Of a stretch of DNA of 64,000 bases, positions 47,529 to 56,460 are shown in pieces. Position 1 is the first letter of the stretch. The number at the start of each line of letters is the position of its first letter. The translations under genes were made by a program, and so were the position numbers. The notes beneath the pieces were generated by a model. It saw only the letters and a program-made list of their open reading frames with translations, ran no database searches and was not told the DNA's origin. The DNA comes from Steroidobacteraceae bacterium (GTDB taxonomy: Bacteria > Pseudomonadota > Gammaproteobacteria > Steroidobacterales > Steroidobacteraceae): NCBI GenBank assembly GCA_035495635.1, contig DATJFN010000055.1, positions 539-64,538 of the forward strand, read 5' to 3'.

Positions 47529-48352
47529 CAATCCCCCTCGAAGACCGGCTTCATTTTCGCCGCGAAGGCCTCGTAGGCACGGCGGAAATCGGCGCTCTGC
47601 ATGAGCCCCGCCTGGGCCCTCGCCTCGGCGTCGATCGCCTCGTTGACGCCCATGTTCCATTCGAGGTGCAGCATCTTCTTCGTCAGCGCGTGCGCGAGCG
47701 TCGGCCCCGCCGCGAGCTCCGCGGCGATCCTGCCGGCGGTCGCGGGCAATTCGGCGGCCGGCACAATGGCATTGTAGAAACCGATGCGCTCGCCCTCGGC
47801 GGCATCGAAGGCCCGTCCCGTGTAGAGGAGCTCCGCCGCCCGGCCCTGTCCGATCAGCCGCGGCAGCAGCGCACAAGCGCCCATGTCGCAGCCCGCGAGG
47901 CCGACGCGCACGAAGAGAAACGCCGCCTTCGCAGCCGGCGTCGCGTAGCGGAAATCCGAAGCGAGCGCGAGCATCGCGCCCGCACCCGCGCAGATGCCGT
48001 CGATGGCGGAGATGATCGGCTGCGGGCAGGCCCGCATCGCCCGCACGAGGTCACCCGTCATGCGCGTGAACTCGAGGAGCCCCTTCTCGTCCATCTTCGT
48101 GAGCGGCCCGATGATCTCGTGCACGTCGCCGCCCGAGCAGAAGTTTCCGCCGGCGCCGTCGATCACGACGGCGCGCACGCCGCCGCCGTCGTGCAGCAGC
48201 CGGAAGAGGTCGCGGAGCTCTGCGTAGGAGTCGAAGGTGAGCGGGTTCTTCTTTTCCGGGCGGTTGAGCGTCAGGTAACCGACGCGGTTCTCGACGCGCC
48301 ACAGGAAGTGTTTGGCCGCGTAGCCCGTGAGGTCCGGAATCTCGGTCTTCAT
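47528..48352 (-). CDS. enoyl-CoA hydratase/isomerase (crotonase) family protein
   Basis: Trimmed to [10 protein letters not shown]... (274 aa). [15 protein letters not shown] and [22 protein letters not shown]. The start overlaps the marR stop (ATGA). Confidence 0.85.
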   Translation of the reverse strand: MKTEIPDLTGYAAKHFLWRVENRVGYLTLNRPEKKNPLTFDSYAELRDLFRLLHDGGGVRAVVIDGAGGNFCSGGDVHEIIGPLTKMDEKGLLEFTRMTGDLVRAMRACPQPIISAIDGICAGAGAMLALASDFRYATPAAKAAFLFVRVGLAGCDMGACALLPRLIGQGRAAELLYTGRAFDAAEGERIGFYNAIVPAAELPATAGRIAAELAAGPTLAHALTKKMLHLEWNMGVNEAIDAEARAQAGLMQSADFRRAYEAFAAKMKPVFEGD

Positions 48353-48837
48353 GCCTCCCCCTCGAGTGAACGGACGTGTGCCTTGAGCCGCGCGAGCAGC
48401 GCCGCCATCTTCGACATCTCGCGGCCCGACAGCTCCTTGAAAGCCTCGACGATCCAGCGCTCGTGTTCCTCGGCCATCGCCGAGAACGCGCGCCGGCCCG
48501 CGCCCGTCAGACGCACGAGACGCGCGCGCCGGTCGCCCGGCTCCGCGACGCGCTCGACGAGGCCTTCCTTCTCGAGCATGTCGGTGATGCCCGTGACGTT
48601 CCCGCCGGTCACCATCATGCGCTTCGAGAGCTCGCCCATCTTGAGCCCTCTCGGCACCCGCTCGAGCTGGGCCATGAGGTCGAAGCGCGGCAACGTCGTC
48701 GCATAGCGCTCCTGGAGCAGCCGGCGCGTGCGCGTCTCGACCAGGCGGTTGGTTGCGAGCATGCGCAGCCACAGCCGGATCGCGCCATGGTCTGCGCGAT
48801 CGACGCGCGTCTCGGCGTCCGTCGCGCGCGCGTCCAT
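48349..48837 (-). CDS. MarR family transcriptional regulator (embedded in the operon)
   Basis: C-terminal 162 aa of track ORF 48349..51423. Winged-helix core [63 protein letters not shown]. Confidence 0.85.
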   Translation of the reverse strand: MDARATDAETRVDRADHGAIRLWLRMLATNRLVETRTRRLLQERYATTLPRFDLMAQLERVPRGLKMGELSKRMMVTGGNVTGITDMLEKEGLVERVAEPGDRRARLVRLTGAGRRAFSAMAEEHERWIVEAFKELSGREMSKMAALLARLKAHVRSLEGEA

Positions 48838-49607
48838 CAGGTGACCTCCCCACCCGCGACCGCGACGCTCTGGCCGGTCATGCTCTCGCTGCCCGGCCTG
48901 CAGAGCCAGAGGACTGCGTTGGCGACCTCGGCCGGCTGCACGAGCCGCAGCTGCGGGTTGAAGGTGACGAGCGACTCCCGCGCCTCGGCCTCGCTGCGCG
49001 CCGTCTTCTCGCTGATGTTCTTGATCGCGTCGCGCACGACGCCGGTGTCCGTGTAGCCGGGACAGACGGCGTTGACGGTCACGCCGGTCTTCGCGACCTC
49101 GAGCGCGAGCGCGCGCGTCAGGCCGACGAGGCCATGCTTCGCCGCACAGTAAGCCGTGCAGTACGCGTAGCCTCGAAGGCCGGCGGTGCTCGCGACGTTC
49201 ACGATGCGGCCCCAGTTCGCCGCGAGCATGGCGGGCAGCGCGGCCCGCGTGCAGTGGTAGGCACCGGTGAGATTGACTTCGAGCATCGCGCGCCAGAATG
49301 CCGCGTCGGTCCTCGCGTGCGTCCGGCTCTTCGCGAGACCGGCGTTGTTCACGAGGATCACGATCTCTCCCGCCGCCGCGCGTGCCTGGTCGAAGGCGCG
49401 CTCGACCTGTGCGGCGTCGGTGACATCCGCCGTCACGGCCTGCGCGCCGCCCGGCAATGACTCGGCCGTCTTCGCGATCTCGGATTCCGTCCGCGCGAGA
49501 AGCGTCACGCGCGCCCCGGCGCCGGCGAGCGCGGCCGCGATCGCGGCGCCGATGCCGCGTCCACCGCCCGTGACGAGCGCGTGCCTGCCCTGGAGATCGT
49601 CTGTCAC
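48837..49607 (-). CDS. SDR family oxidoreductase (3-hydroxyacyl-CoA dehydrogenase-like)
   Basis: 256 aa. [18 protein letters not shown], and the catalytic YCAAK. Confidence 0.85.
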   Translation of the reverse strand: MTDDLQGRHALVTGGGRGIGAAIAAALAGAGARVTLLARTESEIAKTAESLPGGAQAVTADVTDAAQVERAFDQARAAAGEIVILVNNAGLAKSRTHARTDAAFWRAMLEVNLTGAYHCTRAALPAMLAANWGRIVNVASTAGLRGYAYCTAYCAAKHGLVGLTRALALEVAKTGVTVNAVCPGYTDTGVVRDAIKNISEKTARSEAEARESLVTFNPQLRLVQPAEVANAVLWLCRPGSESMTGQSVAVAGGEVT

Positions 49608-49616
49608 TCCGCCTCC

Positions 49617-51899
49617 TTACACCGGTCCCGTCATCTGCGCCGCGCGCTCGAGGTTGCGCTCGAGCTGGCGACGCGCGGATGCGTACTGCGACGGCCACCA
49701 TTGCTCCGTGAAATGCTGCTCGGCCGCGGCGCGGAGCGTCCAGGACGGGTCCGCGAGGTGCGGCCTCGCGAGCGCGCAGAGGTCGGCGCGACCCGAGGCG
49801 ATGATCGAGTTCGCGTGGTCCGCCTCGAAGATGTTGCCGACGGCGATCGTCGGGACGCCGACGACGTTTCGCACGAGGTCGGAGAACGGCGTCTGCCACA
49901 TGCGTCCGTATACCGGCTTCTGCCAGGGCACGGTCTGGCCGCTCGACAGGTCGAGGATGTCGGCGCCCCCGGCTTTCATCGCGCGGGCGATCGTGATCAG
50001 CTCGTCCTCGCCAAGGCCGCCGGGCGCCCAGTCGCTCGACGACAGGCGCACCGAGAGCGGCTTGTCCGCGGGCCAGGCCGCGCGCACCGCCGCGAGCACT
50101 TCGAGTGGAAAGCGAATCCGCTTGCCGACGTCGCCGCCGTAGGCGTCCGTGCGCTGGTTCGTGAGCGGCGAGATGAAGCTCGCCAGCAGATAGCCGTGCG
50201 CCATGTGCAGCTCGAGCATGTCGAAGCCCGCCTGCTCGGCGAAGCGCGCGCCGCGGACGAAGTCGCCGAGCACGCGGTCCATGTCGTCGCGGCCCATCTC
50301 GCGCGGCGGCGAGCTGATTCCTTCGAAGTACGGCAGCGACGAGGGCGCCATCGTTTCCCAGTTGCCGCCCGGCAGCGGGTAGCTGTCCTCCTCCCAGCCG
50401 AGCTGCGTCGAGCCCTTGCGGCCGGAATGACCGAGCTGCATGCAGACCTTCACGCGGCTGTGGTCGTGCGCGAACGCGACGATCCGCCGCCAGGCATCCC
50501 GCTGCGCATGGTTCCAGATCCCGGTGCATCCCGGCGAGATGCGCGCGTCCGGCGAGGTGCAGGTCATCTCCGTGAAGAGCAGTCCCGCCCCGCCCGTTGC
50601 GCGCGCGCCGAGGTGCACGAGGTGCCAGTCGTTCGGCATTCCATCGACGGCCGAGTACTGCGCCATCGGCGACACGACGATGCGGTTCTCGACGCGAAGC
50701 CCCCGCAGCTCGAAGGGCAGGAACATCGGCGGGCGCGGCTTCGCGAGGCCGGCGCGCTTCGCGAGCTCCGTCTCGACGCGCTCGACGAACGCCGGGTCGC
50801 GGAGCTTGAGGTTCGCGTGGCCGATGCGCTGGCTGCCGGTCAGCAGGCTGTACGTGAACTGCCAGGGCTCGAGCTTCGTGTAACGCGCGACGCTCTCGAA
50901 CCAGCGCATGCGGTTGCGCGCCGCGCTCTGGAGCTTCAATGCCTCGGTCTCGCGCTCCTCCTCGTAGGCCGCCAGCGCAGCCGGGACGTCCGCCGCGCCT
51001 GCTGAGCGTGCCACGAGCGCGATCGCGTCCTCCATGGCGAGCTTGGTGCCGGAGCCGATCGAGAAGTGCGCCGTGTGCGCGGCATCCCCGATCAGCACGC
51101 GATTGCCGTGGTGCCAGCGCCGGCAGAGGACGCGCTGGAAATTGAGCCAGGCGGAGCCGCGCCGGTGCGCGGCGTTGCTCATGAGTCGGTGGCCGTCGAG
51201 GTACTTCGCGAACAGCTGCTCGCAGAACGCGATGGACTGCTCGTGGTTCGCCGCATCCAGCCCAAGCGCGCGCCAGGTCTCCTCGCGCGTCTCGACGATG
51301 ACGGTCGAGAGCGACTGGCTGAACTGGTAGGCATGGACCTGGAACCAGCCGTGCTCGGTCTCCTCGAACGCGAAGGTGAAGGCCGGGAACGGCTTCGTCG
51401 TGCCGAGCCAGATGTAGCGGCACTCACGCGTGTCGATGTCGGGCTCGAAGACGGCTTCGTGGCGCTTCCGCGTGCGACTGTTGACGCCGTCGGCGGCGAC
51501 CACGAGGTCGGCATCCGCGAAAATCGAGTCGTCCGCTATTTCCTGCTGGAAATGGTGGACCACCCCGAGCTCCGCGCCCCGCTCCTGCAGGATGCCGAGC
51601 AGGCGCTTGCGCTCGATGCCGCAGAAGCCATGGCCGCCGGTCGTCGTGGTCGTGCCGCGGTAGTGGACGTCGATGTCGTCCCAGTGGTGGAAGCTGCCCG
51701 TGATTGCCTCTTGCGAGGGTGCGTCGGCCGCACGGAAGTTTTCCATCGTGCGGTCGGAGAACACGACGCCCCAGCCGAAGGTGTCGTCGGGCCGGTTGCG
51801 CTCGTAGACCTCCACGCGCGCCTGCGGCAGGGCCTTGCGGAAGAGGATGGAGGCGTAGAGTCCCGCGGGCCCGCCCCCGAGGCAGACGATGCGCTTCAC
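49617..51899 (-). CDS. bifunctional FAD monooxygenase / Old-Yellow-Enzyme reductase (2-aminobenzoyl-CoA monooxygenase-reductase / salicylyl-CoA 5-hydroxylase type)
   Basis: 760 aa. The N-terminal half is [14 protein letters not shown]...[17 protein letters not shown] (aromatic-ring hydroxylase). The C-terminal half is [15 protein letters not shown]...HLG.RA.GGAGL..TEMT...[10 protein letters not shown] (OYE/NADH:flavin oxidoreductase). GTG start. Confidence 0.85.
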   Translation of the reverse strand: MKRIVCLGGGPAGLYASILFRKALPQARVEVYERNRPDDTFGWGVVFSDRTMENFRAADAPSQEAITGSFHHWDDIDVHYRGTTTTTGGHGFCGIERKRLLGILQERGAELGVVHHFQQEIADDSIFADADLVVAADGVNSRTRKRHEAVFEPDIDTRECRYIWLGTTKPFPAFTFAFEETEHGWFQVHAYQFSQSLSTVIVETREETWRALGLDAANHEQSIAFCEQLFAKYLDGHRLMSNAAHRRGSAWLNFQRVLCRRWHHGNRVLIGDAAHTAHFSIGSGTKLAMEDAIALVARSAGAADVPAALAAYEEERETEALKLQSAARNRMRWFESVARYTKLEPWQFTYSLLTGSQRIGHANLKLRDPAFVERVETELAKRAGLAKPRPPMFLPFELRGLRVENRIVVSPMAQYSAVDGMPNDWHLVHLGARATGGAGLLFTEMTCTSPDARISPGCTGIWNHAQRDAWRRIVAFAHDHSRVKVCMQLGHSGRKGSTQLGWEEDSYPLPGGNWETMAPSSLPYFEGISSPPREMGRDDMDRVLGDFVRGARFAEQAGFDMLELHMAHGYLLASFISPLTNQRTDAYGGDVGKRIRFPLEVLAAVRAAWPADKPLSVRLSSSDWAPGGLGEDELITIARAMKAGGADILDLSSGQTVPWQKPVYGRMWQTPFSDLVRNVVGVPTIAVGNIFEADHANSIIASGRADLCALARPHLADPSWTLRAAAEQHFTEQWWPSQYASARRQLERNLERAAQMTGPV

Positions 51900-51906
51900 G
51901 GGCGGA

Positions 51907-51935
51907 ATTACAGGCCTGAATTATTTAAATGTCAA
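51907..51935 (-). promoter_or_regulatory. near-consensus sigma-70 promoter-like element with a palindrome in the spacer
   Basis: Minus-strand sense reads TTGACA-(17 nt: TTTAAATAATTCAGGCC)-TGTAAT-TCCGCCC-GTG (the start of the monooxygenase gene). ATTTAAAT overlaps the -35/spacer junction. It lies in an AT-rich 64 bp gap in an otherwise overlapping operon. Confidence 0.4.
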
Positions 51936-51963
51936 CTAAATCCGGCCCGAGCCATGACAGCCG

Positions 51964-53541
51964 TCAAGGATTCCGAAGGGCCTTGCGCTGAAGCTTGCCG
52001 GTCGCGGTCTTGGGGAGGGCCTCCAGGAACTCGATGACCCGCGGGTACTTGTAGGGGGCGATGCGCTGCTTCACGAAGTCCTGGAGCTCCCTGACGAGGG
52101 AGATGTCCCCTGCCCGCCCGGGCGCCAGCACGACGCAGGCCTTCACGACAGTGCCGCGCTCGGAGTCGGCTGCGCCGATCACGGCGCACTCGCGCACGGC
52201 CGGGTGTGCGAGCAGCGCCCATTCCACCTCGGGCCCCGCGATGTTGTAGCCGGCCGAGACGATCATGTCGTCGGCGCGCGAGACGAACCAGAAATAGCCG
52301 TCCTCGTCCAGGCGGTAGATGTCGCCGGTGACGTTCCAGCCGTCCCGCACGTAATCGCGCTGGCGCGCGTCGTCGAGGTAGCGGCAGCCGGTCGGGCCGG
52401 TCACGGCGAGCCGGCCGGTGCTGCCGCGCGGCAGCTCCTTGCCCGCCTCGTCGAGGACGCAGGCGCGGTAGCCCGGCAGCGGCTTGCCGGTCGAGCCCGG
52501 CCGGACCTCGTCGCCGGCGGCCGCGATGAATATGTGGATCATCTCGGTCGCGCCGATACCGTCGATGATCCGGATCCCGGTTTTCTCGAACCAGAGGTCC
52601 GATACCGCCTTCGGCAGGAACTCGCCGGCCGACACGCAGCGCTTCAGCGTGCGGAGGTCGCGGCCCGCGAGCTCACCGGCCAGCGCGCGATAGGCAAACG
52701 GCGCGGTGAAGAGGCAGGTGATGCCGTGCTTCTCGATCGCGGCGAGCACGGCGGCGGGCGCCGGTGCCTCGATAGGTACGGTCGCGGCGCGAAACCGCAG
52801 CGGAAAGACCAGCAGTGCGCCGAGGCCAAAGGTGAATCCGATCGGAGGACTTCCGGCGTAGACGTCGCCGGGGGCGGTCTCGAGCAGGTGCCGCGCCACC
52901 ACATCCGCCATCGCCAGCACGTCGCGATGGAAATGGACGCAGGCTTTCGGCTGGCCCGTCGTGCCCGACGTGAAGGCCAGGAGACAGACGTCGTCGGCCG
53001 CCGTGTCGGCGTTCTCGAAGCGATCGGAGGCCGCCGCCATGCGTGACTCGAGGTCGCCGTTGCCCCACGCGATGACGGTGCCGACGCCACCCGGCGCCGC
53101 GACCGCCTCGAGCTCCGCCAGAAGGCGATGGTCCGAGAGTGCGAACGCGGGCTTTGCCTTGCGGATGACGGCCGTAAGCTCGGGCGCGCGCAGGAGCGGC
53201 ATGGTCGTGACTGCGATCGCGCCCGCCTTCATGACGGCGAGCCAGGCCGCGTAGAGCTCGGGCCCGTTGTAACCGCGAAGCAGTACGCGGTTGCCCGGCT
53301 CGAGGCCGGCGTCCTTCAGGACATTCGCGATGCGGTTCGCGCGGGCGACCAGTTCGCGGTAGGTGATCCGCCCGGCATCCGTGAGTATCGCCGGGCGGTC
53401 GCCGTGACCCTCGGCGACGGCGTCGTCCAGGAGCACGGTCGCGCAGTTCAGGCGCTCGGGATAGCGCAGCTCGGGCAGGTCGAAGTGCAGCCGCGGCCAC
53501 TCTTCCCTCGGCGGCAGCCGGTCCTTTGCAAACGTGTCCAC
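51964..53541 (-). CDS. aryl-CoA ligase (benzoate / 2-aminobenzoate-CoA ligase family, AMP-forming)
   Basis: 525 aa. AMP-binding motif LAFTSGTTGQPKA, with YGATE-like IDGIGATE and GDIY..DEDGYFWFVSRADD. GTG start at 53541. Confidence 0.85.
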   Translation of the reverse strand: MDTFAKDRLPPREEWPRLHFDLPELRYPERLNCATVLLDDAVAEGHGDRPAILTDAGRITYRELVARANRIANVLKDAGLEPGNRVLLRGYNGPELYAAWLAVMKAGAIAVTTMPLLRAPELTAVIRKAKPAFALSDHRLLAELEAVAAPGGVGTVIAWGNGDLESRMAAASDRFENADTAADDVCLLAFTSGTTGQPKACVHFHRDVLAMADVVARHLLETAPGDVYAGSPPIGFTFGLGALLVFPLRFRAATVPIEAPAPAAVLAAIEKHGITCLFTAPFAYRALAGELAGRDLRTLKRCVSAGEFLPKAVSDLWFEKTGIRIIDGIGATEMIHIFIAAAGDEVRPGSTGKPLPGYRACVLDEAGKELPRGSTGRLAVTGPTGCRYLDDARQRDYVRDGWNVTGDIYRLDEDGYFWFVSRADDMIVSAGYNIAGPEVEWALLAHPAVRECAVIGAADSERGTVVKACVVLAPGRAGDISLVRELQDFVKQRIAPYKYPRVIEFLEALPKTATGKLQRKALRNP

Positions 53542-53542
53542 G

Positions 53543-53644
53543 GCGCGATTCTACTAAAGGGGACGCGCCCCTTTACCGCGGGGGCGCCGGATCGCCGATG
53601 CTCATTGGAAGTAAAGGGGCGCGTCCCCTTTAGTAGAATCGCGC
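53543..53644. repeat. 102 bp palindromic element: two REP copies inside 32 nt perfect inverted repeats
   Basis: 53543..53574 (GCGCGATTCTACTAAAGGGGACGCGCCCCTTT) is the exact reverse complement of 53613..53644, with a 38 nt spacer. It occupies all but 2 nt of the 104 bp gap between the divergent start codons at 53541 and 53646. Confidence 0.95.
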
Positions 53645-53645
53645 G

Positions 53646-56453
53646 ATGCCTGCGTATCTCGAAACCGAACAAGAGCTGTCGCGGCTGGCGCGGCGGGCGG
53701 CGGGCATGCGCGGCGGCCCCCGCCTCCTGATCCTGCCCGGCATCATGGGCTCGAGCATCGGGCTCCTCCGCAAGAACGGCGGCGTCGACGTGACCTGGTT
53801 CGACCCGGTCGAGATCTGCCAGGGCCAGCTCGTGAAGCTCGCACTTCCCGCCGGCAACCGATACTGGGCGACGGGCGTGCTCAAGTTCGCGTACGAGCGG
53901 CTGCGCCTCGTGCTGCGCATCGCCGGTTTCGACGCCGTGTTCCATCCCTACGACTGGCGCCGCGACCTCCTGTGGAACGGGCGCGAGCTCGCCGACCGGC
54001 TGCTGCGCGAGAAGCGCCAGGACGTCGTGCTCGTCGGCCACAGCTTGGGCGGTCTCGTGGCGCGCGCCGCGCTCGCGCACAAGGGCGGCGAGCGCATCAG
54101 CCGCGTGATCCAGCTCGGCGCACCGAACAAGGGCGTCTTCGTCGCCGTGCAGGCGCTTCGCGGAACCTATCCGCTGGTCCGGCGCGTCGCGATGCTGGAC
54201 CTGAAGCACAGCGCCGACGACCTCGCGCGCAAGATGCTGACGACCTTCCCGGGCCTCTGCGAACTCCTGCCGGCGGCGCATGTCTGCAAGAACTTTGACC
54301 CTTTCGACCCGGATCAATGGCCCGAGGGCCCCAAGCCTTCGGCCGCCATCCTCGAGGGCGCGCGCACGGCGATCGACGGCCTGCCGCCGCCCGATGAGCG
54401 CTTCCGGTTGATCGCGGGCTTCGGCCAGGACACGGTGCTGGGCCTCCGACGCTCAGGCCGCCGGCTCGAGTTTGGCCGCGGGCCGGCCGGCGACGGCACC
54501 GTGCCACTCGCGCTCGCGCAGTGGCCCAACCTTCCGACCTGGTACGCCGAAGAGAGCCACGGCTCGCTCCCCGGAAACCCGGAAGTGGGCCGCGCCGTCG
54601 TCGACCTTGCGCGAGCGGATGCGACCACCGCCCTGCCGCGCCTGCTGCCGCGCCGCCGCGGCGTGCCGACATTGTGGCAGGAGGACCTCCGCACCGCGCC
54701 TGCGCCGAAGATCGCCTGGGGCGACCTCTCCGAGCGCGAGCAGCGCGAGTTCCTGCACGAGTTCGTCGGCGTCACGCTGCCGTCAACGGCCGCGGCGACT
54801 CCGAAGCGCGCGGCGACCGCGAAAGCGGTCGAGCTCGCCTTCATGGAGGGCAGCATCACGCAGAGCGGCGCGGCGGCGATCGTGCTCGGCGCGTTCGCCA
54901 ACGTGGAGCCGGCGGGCGCGGCCCAGGCGATCGACCGCATGCTGCATGGCGCGATCAGCGACCTCGCGCGGCGGCGCGCGATCAGCGCGGCGGCCGGCGA
55001 GGTGTTCGTGCTGCCCGTCGGGCGCCACGGCATCGTTCCCCGGCTCGTCGTCTTCGCCGGCCTCGGCAACTTCGGCCGCTACGGGCCTGACGTGCAGCGC
55101 CTCGCCGCGGCGAACGTCACGCGGACGCTCGCGCTCTCGGGCGTCGAGAACTTCTCGATGGTGCTCTGGGGAACCGCTTCGGGCACCGAGCCCGACGACG
55201 CGGCGCGAGCGCAACTCGAGGGCGTCCTGACCGCGCTCTCGGACCTGGATGCGGAGCAGCGCGTCAAGCGCATCACCATCGTGTCGCGCGACGCCGGAAG
55301 GCTCGCGGCGGCGCGACGGGTCGCGGAGGACCTCCTCCGCCTGCATCCGGCGGCGCCGCTGCTGCGCATCGCGCCGCAGCGAAAGCCGAAGGCGCAAAAA
55401 CCCGCCCGCATCGTCAAGCCGGCGGCGACGCCGCTTGCCTGGCTGTTCGTGCAGGAGTCGGCGGCGCAGCTGCGCGTCGCCCTCCTCGGCCCGGCGCCGA
55501 AGGCGACGGCCCTCGTCGCGAATCGCCGGCTCGACTTGCGCCTGCTCGAGCGCGAGCACTCGCGCCTCGTGCCGGGAATCTCGATCGGCGACCTCGAGGA
55601 GTTCGGCGAGCGGCTCTCGGGCCTGCTGCTGCCGCCCGAGATCGCCGAGGCCCTGCCGTCGGTGAAAGGATCCCCGCTCGTCGTCGTGCACGATACGGCG
55701 AGCGCACACTGGCCCTGGGAAGTGTTGTCGCTCAAGGGCTGGGCACCCGCCGCTTCGAAGGGCCTGTCGCGCCGCTATGCCGCCGAAGGCATGTCGGTCG
55801 CGAAGTGGCGCGAGCAGCGCCGCCGCGCGCGCGAGTTCAACGTCCTGCTCGTGATCAACCCGACCGGCGACCTGCCGGGCGCGGTGGAGGAAGGCGAGCG
55901 CGTCGCGGCGATGCTGACGCAGATCGAGGGCGCGGGCATCACCGCGATCCGCGGCGGCGACGCGACGCGCGCGCGGCTCCTCGCCGAATTCCGCTCCGGC
56001 GACTACGACGCGATCCACTTCGCCGGCCATGCCTGGTTCGACCCCGAGGCGCCCGCCTCGAGCGGCATCCTGTGCGCGGGCGGCCGCGTGCTCTCGGGCA
56101 GCGACCTGGCCGCGATGGACTCCGTGCCGGCACTCGTCTTCTTCAACGCCTGCGAATCCGGGCGGCTGCGCGCGACGGTCAACCCGCTGCGCCAGCTCGA
56201 CCGCAGCGTCGGCTTCGCCGAGGCCTTCCTGCGCGGCGGCGTCGCGAACTTCATCGGCACCTGGTGGCCTGTCTCCGACGCCGCGGCCTCGACCTTTGCG
56301 ACGACGCTTTATCGCGAGCTCGCCAAGGCCGAGTCGATCGGCAGCGCGCTGAACGCCGCGCGCACCGGCGTGCGCGCGCTGCCTTCCGCCGACTGGGCGA
56401 ACTACCTGCACTACGGCAGCTACGACTTCACGCTGAAGGCGCCGAAGGCCTGA
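53646..56453 (+). CDS. three-domain protein: LCAT/PGAP1-like alpha/beta-hydrolase lipase + M17-aminopeptidase-N-terminal-like domain + CHAT (caspase-like) peptidase
   Basis: 935 aa. N-terminal: PGIMGS...PYDWRRD...VLVGHSLGG (Ser133), GDGTVP, ESHGSL. Middle: AAIVLGAFANVEP...GEVFVLPVG...RLVVFAGLG (Peptidase_M17_N-like pattern). C-terminal: AIHFAGHAWF (His) and ALVFFNACESG (Cys836), the CHAT dyad. An alternative start is M21 at 53706. Confidence 0.8.
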   Translation: MPAYLETEQELSRLARRAAGMRGGPRLLILPGIMGSSIGLLRKNGGVDVTWFDPVEICQGQLVKLALPAGNRYWATGVLKFAYERLRLVLRIAGFDAVFHPYDWRRDLLWNGRELADRLLREKRQDVVLVGHSLGGLVARAALAHKGGERISRVIQLGAPNKGVFVAVQALRGTYPLVRRVAMLDLKHSADDLARKMLTTFPGLCELLPAAHVCKNFDPFDPDQWPEGPKPSAAILEGARTAIDGLPPPDERFRLIAGFGQDTVLGLRRSGRRLEFGRGPAGDGTVPLALAQWPNLPTWYAEESHGSLPGNPEVGRAVVDLARADATTALPRLLPRRRGVPTLWQEDLRTAPAPKIAWGDLSEREQREFLHEFVGVTLPSTAAATPKRAATAKAVELAFMEGSITQSGAAAIVLGAFANVEPAGAAQAIDRMLHGAISDLARRRAISAAAGEVFVLPVGRHGIVPRLVVFAGLGNFGRYGPDVQRLAAANVTRTLALSGVENFSMVLWGTASGTEPDDAARAQLEGVLTALSDLDAEQRVKRITIVSRDAGRLAAARRVAEDLLRLHPAAPLLRIAPQRKPKAQKPARIVKPAATPLAWLFVQESAAQLRVALLGPAPKATALVANRRLDLRLLEREHSRLVPGISIGDLEEFGERLSGLLLPPEIAEALPSVKGSPLVVVHDTASAHWPWEVLSLKGWAPAASKGLSRRYAAEGMSVAKWREQRRRAREFNVLLVINPTGDLPGAVEEGERVAAMLTQIEGAGITAIRGGDATRARLLAEFRSGDYDAIHFAGHAWFDPEAPASSGILCAGGRVLSGSDLAAMDSVPALVFFNACESGRLRATVNPLRQLDRSVGFAEAFLRGGVANFIGTWWPVSDAAASTFATTLYRELAKAESIGSALNAARTGVRALPSADWANYLHYGSYDFTLKAPKA

Positions 56454-56460
56454 GGGCGGC

